A DNA stretch of 64,000 nucleotides, from positions 13,405,324 to 13,469,323 of the forward strand of contig JAUZTB010000075.1 of the NCBI GenBank assembly GCA_034780895.1, given 5' to 3'. How positions within the stretch are numbered: the stretch's first letter is position 1; each line of letters starts with the position of its first letter. Source of the stretch: Rhynchobatus australiae. Taxonomy: Eukaryota. Shown in pieces: positions 22,326 through 36,454 of the stretch. A model generated the notes under the pieces. The model had not been told where the DNA came from and ran no database searches. It saw only the letters and a program-made list of their open reading frames with translations. Made by a program: the position numbers and the translations under genes.

Positions 22326-25019
22326 CTGAGAGAAGAGAAAGAATTAAAGTAGAAATCCTCCAACACACTTGGAGATCAAAGATCACAGAATCAGATTCTA
22401 CCACCTTTACAGAAAGAGTAGAGGAATCCCAATGTGGAAATTTTCTTCTCATCTCCTGCAGGGAAGATGAGATTACTGCCACTACTTTTGTCTGCTGAGA
22501 GGAGGAATTCCCAAGGTAATTCTTGGTGTTACTGCAGATATGGTCGTTGGACTACAAACAATGCATAAATGCTGTCTTCATTGCAAATTGCAATAATAGT
22601 TTCATTACCGTGAATCGGACATAATTTTATGTAGTCCACGCACACACAGTTAGCTGCAGTCGTACCAGTGACAAGCTAAAACCCAAAGGTCCTGCAAAAT
22701 CCCAATATATGTATAATGGCAAGCACCTGAATGGATGTGGAACTTAGTTGAAGATCTTTAACACTGTTCGTCAGTTATGTTGAGTTCAGTACAGCACCAA
22801 GCAAGAAGCTGCAAATCACAAAATCTCAGAGGGTAGAGTGAACCATTCCCACCTCATCTGTTCAATACACCATGTAACTTCTGCAGGCCATTCCCACTGA
22901 CTCCAACAAACACAAACACAAGCACAATCTATACTTATGAAGCACCTTTTGATGTAGTAAACCAATCCAAACACTTTGCAGGAAGAATTAAAAAAACTTA
23001 AGNNNNNNNNNNNNNNNNNNNNNNNNNNNNNNNNNNNNNNNNNNNNNNNNNNNNNNNNNNNNNNNNNNNNNNNNNNNNNNNNNNNNNNNNNNNNNNNNNN
23101 NNCAGAAGATGAAAAGTCTGTTCAGAGAAGGTTAGAAGGTGAAAAGTCTGTTCAGTCTAAACTTAGAACAAGAGAAAGGAAGAGAGGTTCAGAGGAGGAA
23201 TTCCAGAATTTAGGAACTCCCCTGATGGTATGACCAACAATGACAGAATGATGAAAACGGAGGACCTCCATGAAGCCAGAATTGGAGGGAAACAGAAATC
23301 ATAACAAAAGAAAGCACAAGTTCTGTTTATGCAGTGTCTTTACTGCCAGAGCAAACAGATACTGAGCAAGGTCTGGAGACTACAGAGATTGATGGATCAC
23401 AGAGATTGTTTGGAGGGAGCTATTACAGAAACTATAGAGATTGAGAGAGGAGGGATCAAGTGGACGAAGGATTATACAATCAATGAAGCAGGTGGGTGAA
23501 ATTGGGAGCAGAGAATAGAAGGTTGGAGCTTGATGTAGAGAAGAGAAAGGTAGTGAAGATCTAGAGATGACAAGAGGTGTTTTAATTTAATGCAGCAAGT
23601 GATGTGGGTGCACTGGCCAATGACAGCAAGGGTGATGGGAGAGTGTGCAGGGGGTCACATTCCACAGTGTTTTTGACACAGTGGAATTTATAAAATGCCA
23701 ACAGGAAGATGTGGAAGTTTTTGAATGGGTATCTTTTTTTGCTGAGCAGGGCCAAGTCTTTTGACTGCATGGTTTCAGCAGACTAATCCACAGTTTGATG
23801 TCTTCAGTACTGCAGTTCTCAAATTCAGTAAAGCAAGCTGACAAACACATCTCTTAATGGTCTCAGTCCTTGGGAGAGACCATGTTCTCTGAAGCTGGTC
23901 TGTTCATGGAGGGGCAGGTCTTGTTGCTCCAGTTCCCTGTCTGGAATCATCACCTATGATCTTCCCCCACCTGTGCTTACATGGTTCAGATGTAGAGGAC
24001 CAATCTCACTGGCCCAAAGCATCCCGGATTCCACTTGCACAGTCTCAGTGGCAACAGGACCTCTGGCGTGCCATGAGGGAGTCTTGCTCACAACATGCCA
24101 ATGAGAACTCTGATAGCCGATAAAGCCCCAGCCCTCAATTTACTGGTTAGGAAGCTGTGAGTGATTTTTAACTTTCTTTAAATGTCTCTGACATTTGGAG
24201 ACACTTGTAAACTGTTAATAGAGTATATCATTCAAAACAGATTAAATTATTTTCTAAAAGTTTAAAAAAAGCAATAAAAGATAAAGTTAACAAGAGGTAC
24301 ACAAATCATTAAGAAGATTAAACCAAAACAAGGAAAAGAAAGTTGGAGACACAAGAAGCTGCAGATGCTGGAATTTAGAGGATCTCAGCGGGTCAGGCAG
24401 CATCCGTGAGGGGAAAGGAATTGTTGACGTTTCGGGTCAAGACCCTTTTACCTTTCCAAAGCCCTGCAACCCTCAAACACTCAGGAATCTCAGCAAGACT
24501 GACCCCTGCTGCAGGACTCCTTAGAACGTGCAATGATGAACAAACTGACAGATCCAGTGTTCCAAATCCATCAGTCAGTCTGGGATTTCTNNNNNNNNNN
24601 NNNNNNNNNNNNNNNNNNNNNNNNNNNNNNNNNNNNNNNNNNNNNNNNNNNNNNNNNNNNNNNNNNNNNNNNNNNNNNNNNNNNNNNNNNNNNNNNNNNN
24701 NNNNNNNNNNNNNNNNNNNNNNNNNNNNNNNNNNNNNNNNNNNNNNNNNNNNNNNNNNNNNNNNNNNNNNNNNNNNNNNNNNNTACCATATTGGCTTAAA
24801 AAGAAATTGGTCTAACTTTAGTAACTATAAACCCTTGTTACTGTTGTCAGATCAAAGCATTTTAAAAAATGCAACAAACAGCAACCCAGAATAATGCCCA
24901 GTTATAATAACATGTAGCCTTGTGACATTGTTACTGGATGAGCATTTGAAAAGCTTAGACTAATGATCTAAGGGTTGCATTCCAATTATATCTTAACCAG
25001 CGGGGAACTTAAATGCAGT

Positions 25020-25998
25020 AATAAAAACAGAAGATGCTGGAAACACTAAGAAGGCCAGGCACCAAGAAAGAGAAACAAAGTTAACGTTTCAGCTCCGAAA
25101 CTCTTCATCACAGCTGGGAAAAAGAGAAAATAAGTTAGTTTTCAGTACAGGAGAGGTGATGGAGGGATGGATAGAACGAAGGTAATATCTCTGATAGATA
25201 AGACTAAATAAGTAAATAAAGCTATTGCAATCAGATTCTGCTTCTTTGTCTGTTGTGTGTTGTTAATAGCAGGGTCATGGGCATATGCCTAGTAGGCAAC
25301 TATAACAATGGAAAGAGAAAAACTGAGCCAAAAGATGGACAAATATCAGAAACGGCCTATTCTGATACAGATAGAAAGAAAGAGCGGGTAACTTGAAGTT
25401 GGAGAATTCGATATTGAGTCCAGAAGGTTGCAGCATGCGCAGATGGAAGATGAGGTGTCGTTCCTCAGTCTTGCTTTGGGCCTCGTTGTCACAGTGCAGG
25501 AGGCCACACATTGAAAGGTCAGAGTGACAGCGGGGCAGGGAAATATGTGGCAGGCAACCAGAAGATCAGGATCACTGCTGCGGACTGAATGCAGATGTTC
25601 TGCGAAGCAAAAACCCAACCTGAGTTTGATTTCTCCAATATCGAGGAGACCACATTGTGAAAATTGAAAGCAGTGACGTACAGTAGACTGGAAGAAACGC
25701 AAGTGAATTACTGCTCAGCTGAGAAAGACATGGATGATGGGAAGGGAAGAGTTGAAAGGACAGGGGTGACATTTCCTTCCTCATTAACTTATTTGGTTTC
25801 ATCAGATCAGAGATTTTCCCTTTGTTCTACCTATTGCTCCCTGATCTTCTCTGCTACTGAAAACTAACGTGTTTTCTCTTTGTTTTTGACAGAGTCTCAG
25901 ACCTGATACGTGAACTCTTGTTTTTCTTTCCACAGATGTTGCCCTGCTGAGCATATCCAGTGTGTTCTGTTTTTATTTCAGATTTCCAGCAACTGCAA
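25020..25998 (-). mobile_element. Penelope-like element remnant (GIY-YIG endonuclease region) with inverted termini
   Basis: Minus-strand peptides CGLLDIGEIKLRLG.CFAEHLHSV and EERHLIFHLRMLQPSGLNIEFSNF; terminal AAAAACAGAAGATGCTGGA is inverted relative to TCCAGTGTGTTCTGTTTTT. Confidence 0.8.
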
Positions 25999-28900
25999 TT
26001 TGATTGATTTTCTACTGAAATTCAGATATTTGAATAAATCAGGAATAAAATGATAGTATTGGTAATAATAATCATGAAACTACCAGGCTATTGTAGAAAC
26101 AGGCTTATTCACTTTAGGGAAAGAAATTTCTTGACTTCCTCAGTTTGGCCAATACGTGTCTCCAGGCACAGCATGTGACTAACTGTTTACTGCTTTCTGA
26201 AATAACCTCACAAGAAACTCTGTTCAAGGGTGTTCAGTGATGAGGCTGGTTTTGCCAGCATTGTTCGCAGCACACGAGTAAATAAAACACAGTCTGGTCA
26301 TGAATTTACCTTGTGATCCATTTGGCAAACTTTTGGTACTCAATTCCATGGCTGCTCATGAGATCCAGCTCAATAGTAATGGTCTTTGATTGTAAAAGGA
26401 ATTTTAGATAAGGCACGGTCTCAAGGAACTGATCTCTGCCAGCAAGTTTTGAGTTGCTGAGCTGCTTACAATGGCTTGAAGCAACAGACCATAATAAGTG
26501 GTTGACTCTGCAATTGTAAAGTACGGAAACAGGGCTGTCAGTAAAGTTCATGCTTGGTCTGCCCCTGCCCTCCTCAGTTTTGGTGATTAGAATTCTCAAG
26601 TGCAATGCTTTGTTTTTGCAATTCGCAGCCACAGTCCTTTCAACAGAGTACAGCTCTATCCTTATTTACATAAGATGGATGTACCAATACTTGTTAGCAA
26701 AACACATGTACCAAGAATAAATTAAAGACCTAAAGAATGAAAGAAATGTCAAGTCTACAAAGCACTGGTAAATAGGATTAGTATTGATAGGACTCGACAG
26801 TTGACACAGACATGGTTGGCTGAGGGGCCTGTTTCTGTGCTGTATGACTCTATAACTGAGGTAAACACCATCAAGGGCTTTAGGTATTTGAAACAAATAT
26901 ATTAGACAAGCCCCCAAGATCTGAAGAAAATCGATCTGTCTTGCCACGAGCTGTTGGATGACTTCAGCATTTAAAAAAGTCATATGACAAAGTAGTGCAT
27001 ATGAGGCATCTGCATGCTTTACCATCAGAGGAAACCAGAACTAAGGAAAGGAAGAGGGGGCAAGGGTTGTGTGTGCACCAGCAGTCCTGTAGATTAAGTA
27101 TTTTGCAGAAGCTCTACTGATTCCTTCTGCATTTACAGTTCCGCACCAAGCCAGACTTCTAGTTCTGTTGCTGGAACTGAAGAGATAGCAGCTTTTTTAA
27201 ACTAGTGTCTCTAATTCCTTGTAAATAATACCCTTCTGGAAATGCTTTCTGATAAGTTGGAACTAAGGCTCAAGTCAGAAAATTCTGAAATGTTAACATG
27301 ACCAAGGCCTAGAAATTCAAATGGGTGTGCTGGATAGGTGATGCAGCAGCTCTGCACACAGATTCTATCACATCCTTCTTTAAAGAGACAATCCCTCTCA
27401 ATCCGGATGGACAAGAACACAACCCTTTGCAAATCTCACCAAATGCTCTCTTTAAATGCTCTCGCGTAGCTGNNNNNNNNNNNNNNNNNNNNNNNNNNNN
27501 NNNNNNNNNNNNNNNNNNNNNNNNNNNNNNNNNNNNNNNNNNNNNNNNNNNNNNNNNNNNNNNNNNNNNNNNCTGAAGCACCCCAGCCCTACTGAATAGC
27601 AATTGCAAGTGTTAGCTCTGGACTAGCGACAATCAGTGGAGGGATGGAGATTGAAGCCTCCCTCTGTGGGCCTTATTGGATTGTTGGGAGAAGGCCTGGG
27701 CTTTGGAGAGTCACTGCATAGGACAGTCAGCTCACAGGATCACTGGGGAATTGGGAACAGGAATGAGAACAGTGGGAACTGGGGGGTGGGGGGTCATTGG
27801 TGGGGATAGATATCAGGGCCTCCAACCAAAGGCTTCAGTGGATCACTGGATCAGGGCTTTGTTGGGGTGGGGTCAGGACTATCTAAGCTTCAGATCAGGG
27901 TCCTGTGGAGTTAAGAGTGACATCAGAGGGTTAGGGGTGGAGTTGAGTTTAGTGCCATGTTCTTTGGGGTGGGATGGGGTGGGGTGGGGGGTGGAGAATG
28001 AAAAGTGAGTAAGGGACCAACCTTCCAAGGGTCTCAGAATCTCCAGTTATGCTACTATAACATGGCTATCCCAGGTAACTAGTGATGTTCTCTCCGAGTA
28101 AAACATTTTAAGACCCCAAAATGCTCCATGAGGAACTCTGCATGCGCAAGGGTAACTCACCCTGAGAAGTTTTCAAAGTGACACAAAGTGATTTGTGTTT
28201 CTGGTTAAGTTCATGTTCGTCACACAATGCTGAAGAGAAACAGTTTTTTGTGATTGAATTTCTGGCCCAAATCTTTAAAAGGGCTTGTATCTCAGAACAG
28301 GGTCCGGGAATAAATGGGCCAAAGTTGGTAGAGCTTTAAGAGCAAAACATGTTGAAACACGGATTCAAAATTCTCAAAATCATAAAAATAAACAGGAGTA
28401 GAAGATAGACTCTTGGCTATCCAATAGGATCAAATCTGATTTGAGTTTCAGCTTCAACTCCATTTTCTTCCTGATCACCATAACTGTTGACTCCCTTGCA
28501 GTACAAAAATCCATCTGTCTCAGCCTTAGCTAGCACACTATTAATTATGCTTTGGGTGTTGGCAACCAAATTGGTTCCCTCATCTTATGATAGCCAACGT
28601 CATGGTAACTGTGGCAGATGTGTGAGCTAAACCATGTTTCTGTTCTCAGTAAAAACAAAATGTGGTTCTTTTCAATGCATGTGGGTGGAACTGTCTACCC
28701 TTTCTATTGCCTGGCTGGAATCACTAAATTGTACGGAGTTACAGGAAAGTACTCCAGTGCCTGCTATTCCATGAGGTGGTGCCCAAGCATAGTATGGTGC
28801 TGTATCAGGAGCTGGTTTATTGCTTGCCATTAGTGAGAAGGGAGTTCTATACCATACAGTTCTTCCAGCCTTTGCACAATATCAATATGGCAGTTATCTC

Positions 28901-29084
28901 TCTCTGCTAACTCATACTTATGGTTTAGTGCACATTAAAAATAGCAAAAGTCTTATCAGATGATTGATGAATGAACTATGAAAACAGTTTGCACAAATTA
29001 AGTGCCTTCTATTTAAGGGGAATGCGGAGTAATTAAGTTTCTAGCATACATCCATAAATGTAAAGTACATTTCAAATGTAAAGT

Positions 29085-29836
29085 GACATTACACAGTTAA
29101 TNNNNNNNNNNGGCAGGACCCTTAACAGTGTTGATGTACAGAGGGATCTTGGGGTCAAAGGCCACAGCTCCCCGAAAGTGTCTGCACAGGTTGATCGGGT
29201 GGTAAAGAAGGCGTATGACATGCTTGCCACTATTAGTTGAGGCACTGAGTTCAAGAGTCAGGAAGTTATATTGCAGCTTTATAAAATTCTGGTTAGGCCA
29301 CATCTGGAGTATTGCATTCAATTGTGGTTGTCCCATTATAAGAAAGATGTGGGGGCTTTGGAGAGGGTGCAGAAGAGGTTTACCAGGATGCTGCCTGGAT
29401 TAGAAGGCATGTGCTATTAGGCGAGGTTGGACAAAGTTGGGCTGCTGTCTCTGGAGTGGAAGAGGCTGAGGGGAGACCTGATAGCTTATAAGATTATGAG
29501 AGGCATAGATAGCTGGCCAGTATCTTTTCCCCAGGGTTGAAATGTCTAATACCAGAGGCCATACATTTAAGGTGAAAAGGGGTAAGTTCAAAGGAGATGT
29601 GCGGAGCAAGTTTTTTTTTCACACAGGGAATGGTGGGTGCCCAGAATGCACTGCCAGGGGTGGTAGTGGAGGCAAATACGACAGAGGCATTTAAAAGGCT
29701 TTTAGATAGGCACAAGAATGTGCAGAGTATGGAGGGATATGGACATTGTATAGGCAGAAGGGATTTGTTTAGTTAGGCGTTTAATTCGTTCGGCTCAACA
29801 TCAAGATCCAAAGGGCCTGTTCCTGTGCTGTTCTAT
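29085..29836 (+). mobile_element. CR1 LINE 3' fragment, same subfamily as 18527-19165
   Basis: Long stretches shared with the 18.5-kb copy (CAGTATCTTTTCCCCAGGGTTGAAATGTCTAATACCAGAGG); CR1 tail. Confidence 0.93.
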
Positions 29837-30744
29837 AAATGAATTAAAAGTTTGCAACAAACTTCAATGTGCGAGTTCCCAAGTTCAGTGCTCCTCCACT
29901 GAAATGTGACAGATAAAGAACTGAGAGTCAATCCTTCCTGCAAGTTAGACAGCTCGTAGAGCCACTGCAGATGAGCTTCAAATAGGCCACAGAGACGTGA
30001 GGGNNNNNNNNNNNNNNNNNNNNNNNNNNNNNNNNNNNNNNNNNNNNNNNNNNNNNNNNNNNNNNNNNNNNNNNNNNNNNNNNNNNNNNNNNNNNNNNNN
30101 NNNTTCAAATAGGCCACAGAGAAGTGAGGGCTGAGCAAACTCCGTGTGATGGATGCTTTGGTTTCTGTAGTTCAGAACAGAGCAAGTCAAAGACTGGACC
30201 AACTAGCACTGCGACGTGCCTGTTCTCTTTGAGGAAAGCCACATTATACTCTCTGCTTCCCATTTTGATAGAAAGCAAAGTTCCTTTATAAAAGCCACCT
30301 GCGTGTGCCTGTCCTTTGAGGCCCACACGTTAGAGATGTATTACACAGACGTATTGTCTTCCCTCAGTCTTCTTTCCCTCCCTCAGATTTAAATGTGCAG
30401 AATGGAGTTGGGAATGAGGTTCAGAGAAGGCTGGTGTGGGTTTAGAAATGGATATACAGGGGAAGAATGGTGTTAATATAAAGCCAGTAAATATCTGAAC
30501 ACTAATCCTGCAAATTTGCCTCTGTCGGTATATCTGGGACATTTTATTAATTATGAACATTTTATTTATATTTAAAAAATCCAATTTGATTTTTTTCTAA
30601 TCCTAGCATGAAGGTTCTGAAGTGTCCAATGCAACCCCGCCAGTGACTGAGAGATTTCACAGTGCATTATACATTTTCAAATATGTGGATCAGTAAACTT
30701 AATCCAACCCTGCTCGCACTTGGTATCAATGACAGTTGTTTAGT

Positions 30745-31055
30745 AAAGTCATATGACACTGAAGCAGACCTCTCGGCCCACTGAATCTGTACTGACCATC
30801 AGCACCCTTTCGCACTAATCCTGTACTAATCTCATGTTATTCTCCACACATTCCCATCAACATCCCTCATTCTACCACTCACCTACACTTTAGAGGCCAG
30901 TTAAGCTCCAACCCACATGTCTTTAAGATGTAGGAGGAAACCAGACCACATGGAAGAAACCCACGTGGTCAGAGGAAGAATGTGCAAACTCCACTCAGAA
31001 AGCACTGGAGGTCAGGACTGATCCCAGGAGTTGAAAGGTAACAGCTGTACCACTG
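30745..31055 (-). mobile_element. V-SINE, decayed
   Basis: GGAGGAAACCAGACCACATGGAAGAAACCCACGTGGTCA...GAATGTGCAAACTCCAC; resembles 443-770. Confidence 0.7.
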
Positions 31056-31682
31056 CCTCCCAAAGAGTTCACTCTCTAACTATCAGAACTGGCATATATT
31101 ATGCATCCTTAATCACAAATGTGATTAAGATCTGATACCTTATCAAATCAGCATCAGTGGAGCGAATCAACTTTTACTTCAGGATACACTTAGCAATCAG
31201 ATATTAGTAGCTTTAATAATATCAATGGTATGCATGGTATTTCTCTATCCCCTTTCATCAACTTAGGATGTCACCAAGTGCTTTACAACTTTTGAAGTGT
31301 AGTTATTAATATAATGCAGAAAATCCAGCAGTCAAGTCACTAACAGTGTAGAAGTGTACAAACAGTACAAATAGAAGTGTTGGTCATAACCAGATGACGT
31401 TTTGCTGAGCATTAGCCAAACACTAGGGAGAGCTGTCCTCTTCTACAATTGGTGCTTTGGGGTCTTTCCACTTGAGAGTACATGATCTCAGCTTGAGGCT
31501 TCAGCTGAAAGTCAGCACCATCAGCAGTGTAGAACCCCTTGTACTAATCAGGGAATATCAGCCTGCACAATTGTAGCACATATAATATAAGATTTATTTG
31601 GATCACGTGTGGAATATTTTGTGTCACAATCAGAGTCAGTCATGAACAGAAATTAAGGAAGAATCTGAATCTAATATGGTAC

Positions 31683-31811
31683 CTCCAGTGGAAAGACTTC
31701 CCATTGCTCTTCGGATTGCTTTCACCCACTCTTCCATTTCATTCTGTGAATTGGCCATCAACATATGCGAGTCCTGAACGTTCCCTAGCCGATCTCGGTC
31801 ACCAGAGCCTG
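31683..31811 (-). CDS. ARHGAP25: ARHGAP25 exon 4, PH C-terminal helix (AGSGDRDRLGNVQDSHMLMANSQNEMEEWVKAIRRAMGSLSTG)
   Basis: Tandem acceptor TTTTTCAG|CAG| (start 31811 or 31808), donor GGAG|GTACCA; 129 nt, phase 1 to 1. Confidence 0.92.
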
Positions 31812-32224
31812 CTGAAAAACACCAGATGGCAAGTGATTCCTGAAACATTGACTCATATTTTTAAATCCAAACATTTGAACTTTGATATGCCTAATGGCCC
31901 TCATATAGCCCAATGTTTGCTTTTTGATTACTTTCCAGCAACAATTATCTGTATATATTACAAAAACAAAAGAGTTCAGATGCTCAGAATCTGAAATAAA
32001 ATCAGAAGGTACTGGAAATATTCAGTAGGTCTGGCAGCATCACCACCAATACGGCATTCGTCACACTGGTCAAGGAGTGAAACATAATAGAATACAATGT
32101 TTCAGGTCAAAATCTTTCATGATAGCTGTAATTGTGTCCTTAATACAGTAAAATATCACAAGACTCTTCAACCTGCCATAACCAAACAAAATTTAACGCC
32201 AAAGCTACTTACTACAGACAGAAG

Positions 32225-32550
32225 AAAACCATTCAAGACTCCTCAGACAGCACCTTCCAAACCTATGACCTCTATAAGCTAGAAGAACAAAGGCAACAAA
32301 AGCATGGAAACACTACCACTTGGAAGTTGCCCTTCAAGCCACCATCCTGAATTGGATATGGCCGTTCCTTCACTGTCGCTGGGTCACAACCCTGGAACTC
32401 CCTCCCTGACAGCATTGTGGGTAGACCCACACCTCAAGGACTGCAGTGGTTCAAGAAGGTAGTTCGCCATCACCTTCTCAAGGGCAGTTAGGGATGGGCA
32501 ATTAAATGCTGGGTCAGCCTGTGAAGCCCACATCCCTTGAATGAATTATA
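32225..32550 (+). mobile_element. L2/CR1-group LINE 3' end (same family as 39800-41450)
   Basis: CCTGGAACTCCCTCCC...GGTTCAAGAAGG...CACCTTCTCAAGGGCAGTTAGGGATGGGCAATTAAATGCTGG...TGAATGAAT. Confidence 0.7.
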
Positions 32551-35500
32551 AAGAAAAAAAAAATTAGACCATCAGGTCCATTGACTATCTCCTTATTTCT
32601 CTGAGTTTTGCTACTTTATTTTCTCTTACATGCCCATCAAATCTCCTTTACAATTCTTTTGTCACTAACCCACACCACGGGGTAATTTACAGCAACCAGC
32701 CAATCTTCCAACACATTTTTGGGATAAGGAAGGAAAACAGATTACCCAGCAGAAACCATGTGGTCATGGGGAGAACATGAAAACTCTACAAAGACAGTAT
32801 CCAAGGATAGGATCGAACCCAAATCTCAGGACTAACCAGCACTAACCTCTGCATGAGCGAAGCACCTGGAGATGTTAGGGTAGATGACCAAATGCTTAGT
32901 CAAAGGGGTTTCCAACAAATTCACCAAGGAGAAGAAGGCAGAGAGGTTTGGGGAAGAAATTCTAGAGCTTAACATTTCAGCAGCCAAGTTACAATCAGCA
33001 ATGGTGTAGTGATTAAATATTGAGATGATTAGTTGGTGGGGTACAGTTGTGGGGTACAAGGAATTTACTGAGAAAGATGTGACACAATTGGGTGAATTGG
33101 AAAAAAAAATGAGAATTTTATAATTGAGCTGTTTCTTTCACACAGTTGGTATATTTTTGGTCTTAATCAAACATAAGATAAAAGTTACTGAAAGATCTAA
33201 GAAATATTTGTTTAAAGTCCTGATGACTTGGAAAATAGCTTTAAGTGATCAAACCCCATTACACTATCTTTCTCACCATCAAAATGCAGTGTTCAAGGAG
33301 AGGTCTACCATGTTTTGCTGAATGACTTACCATCATTTCACGTTAACTTCACTCATAGATACCACATCCTCTATGTTCAGAAATCAGTCTTGAGCTAGGA
33401 ATGCAGGTATCTAAGCATGGGTCTTTAGTTTTCTTGGTGTCTCAGATATCAGAAATGCTTTCACAGAATGTTCGGTCTGATGAACATAGTGAACCACCTA
33501 CACCTACATGAACCACATAGATTCAAGCCATCCAAACACTGGGGTGTGAAGTGACTGAAACCCATTTGTCAACCCATACTGTTTTCTCACCCTAAGTCAA
33601 ATGTTGATGCAATTCATCACAATTGTTTTCCTGCTGTTGATTGCTCCAACAAAATAATTAATAGATGACAGATGACATGAAAATGATAATCATGTCAGCT
33701 GTCAGGGCTGGAGCACACTGGTAAAGCCTACATTCACCGTGCTTGGGGCAAACCTTTACAGAATTCTCAAATACAAGGATGAATAATGAGAGAAATAAAA
33801 GTGTAGAATCTAAATGACAGAGAGGGAGAGAAAGTAGACAAGAATGGGGAGAGAACAAAATTGCATTAAAATCCCCTGAAGCTCATGTAATGGAATCACT
33901 TGGTTGCTTGTTGCTAAGTATCTGTTTCTGTTTTTAAGCATGACTCACTTTCAAAATTGAAAACCCACCCTCAGTTTTAGAGAGTTCATTATAATCATTC
34001 TTAAACAAAGGGAAGGTCCTTCTTATTGGTTGGTTTGAGAGGCAGCTGTGCTTAATTTCGGTTAATCACTCTATCAGTGGTGCAGAACTTGACAGCACAT
34101 AGGAAGTATGTTCAAAAATGACTGGTGATTTGAAACCTCGGATGTAATACTTCATAACTTCCTCTGATGCAGACATAAAAATACATTTTTATTGTTCTTT
34201 ACATTTCTATAATTTTCCTTCACGGTAGTATCCTGTGTATCTTTGCTGTAACTTTACAGCATCTAATATACTTTTGGCCAGAAGAGTACACCAGGGTGCC
34301 AAAAACTGACATAAGATCTTCATTGTTGGCTCCAATATTTCTAGACCTGTGTCTGATTCCAGTGGCCATGGGTTTAAAAATATGGTCAGTATTTTTGAAC
34401 AATTTCCAATATATCTGCAACCACACAGTCAGAGGGAACAATTTGATAAATAAACCAATTTGCCATGTTTTACAAATCTGTACTCTTTACTCATCCTAAA
34501 TCCCAGCAATAGACAAAGTAAACACTTCTGGCCTTCATTAACAAGTATTTACAGCACAGAATCGGCTTAGCAAACTCATGCCTGTGTTTGTATATGGGCA
34601 CCTTAGCCCAGCAACATTTCCTTCTCTTCCTTTCTCCCCCACACACACATTCTGCTTCCTGAAATGCCTTGAAGCATTTTGCCTCAACTTGTGATGCAAG
34701 CTCCACATTTCAACCATTTCCTGTGTAAATTTTACACTGAATTTCTGATTGGATTTATTAGAGTTCATTTTACTTGCTTGTATGTGGAAGCATTTTGCTT
34801 AGATCTACCTTATTAATCCTTTCTTAAATATGAATGTCTTCTCTTTTCTCGAGCCTCTTTGATTTTTCCAATGGTCATAAATTCTAATTAGTGTTTTAAG
34901 CTTTCCAATATTTGAAAGCTCAATTTATTCAAAATCTTTTAAATTCCAAACACATTCAACCTAAATCATATTTATACTTACAGGCCAACACTCAATAGAT
35001 GCCTTAATTGCTTTATCTATTATTAAAAAGTCCAATTAGATTGTTCATATGAAATGAAAGCCAATTCAATTTAGCAGCCTACGTGAATGATAATCTTAAA
35101 CAAAGGTTTATTTTGCAGCAATAATTATCAATCTAAGAGAGTTGCCAAAAACTAAAATGGGGAATTTGGAAGACAGTGGGTGAGAATGTGGAACTCACCA
35201 GTGCAGGGAGTGTTTTACATAAATTGTAGAATCATATTTCAGAGAAAGTTGGATAAACACACAAGAGAGAAGGGATTAGAGGGTTCTAATAGTGCGAATT
35301 GAGGTGTGAATTGAGGAAGGGTAGAAGGAAGCTTGAAGAGGAACGTAAGTCCTAGCATGGATTGTACCTTCAATATTTTTGCATATGAATATTATTTGAT
35401 CAATAATACACTACAGTAAAACAGTGGTTCAGATTCTCCTGCCCCCAGCTCCTGCCCCCCGACCCCACAACCACCATCACCAGCCTTTGCATTCAGTGGA

Positions 35501-35879
35501 TCATCCTGCAATATTTCCATTGCCTCCAATGTGATACCACAACCAGACATCTCTTCCCCTCCCCCTTGCATCATCCAGAGGGATCATTTCATCTGTGATA
35601 CTCTGATCCCATTTTCACCATTACCCACTCCCATTCCCCAGCACCTTTGAATGCATTTGGAGAAGAAACAATCCAAGCCTTTTTACCTGCTCCTGTCCTG
35701 TCATCCAGGGATCCAAAGCCTCTTATATCAGCAATATGCCTGTAAATTCTCTTCCCTCTCCTTTATTAACTTCCATATCNNNNNNNNNNNNNNNNNNNNN
35801 NNNNNNNNNNNNNNNNNNNNNNNNNNNNNNNNNNNNNNNNNNNNNNNNNNNNNNNNNNNNNNNNNNNNNNNNNNNNNNN

Positions 35880-36440
35880 TATCTCCATTTAAGGGGATAG
35901 GTGACTAGAGTACACAACAGGTCCGCACTTGGAGTATTGTGTGCAGTTCTGGATGTCACATGGTAGGAAAATGTGATTGCACTGATGAGAGCAGCAGAGA
36001 GATTCATCAGCTTGTTGCCTGGATTAGAGGACTTTAGTTATGAGGAGAGACTGGATCGGGTGGGTTTGTTTACCCTGGAATGAAGGAAGCTGAAGGGGTG
36101 ACCAGACTGAAATACACAAGGTCATGAGATACATAGATAGGGTAGATAGTCAAAATCTTTCTTCCATGGTGGGGATATTGAAAACAAGAGGGTATAGGTT
36201 TAAGGTGAGAGGAAGGAGTTTTAAAGGGGATCTGAGGGATAGGTCTTTAGACAGAGAGTGGCTGATATCTGGACTCAGCTACAATCACTACAGTTTAAAC
36301 ATTTAGACAGACACTTAAATAATAAGGCATAGATGGGCACGGTCCTAATACGGGCAAACATGACTATTTTAGATGGGCAGAAAGGTCGGCCTGGACATGA
36401 AGGGCCAAAGAGCCAGTTCCTATGCTATATGACTCCGTGA
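35880..36440 (+). mobile_element. CR1 LINE 3' fragment
   Basis: CACTTGGAGTATTGTGTGCAGTTCTGG; TRGYRFKVRGRSFKGD; CR1 tail. Confidence 0.85.
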
Positions 36441-36454
36441 CAAGCCCCAACAGT

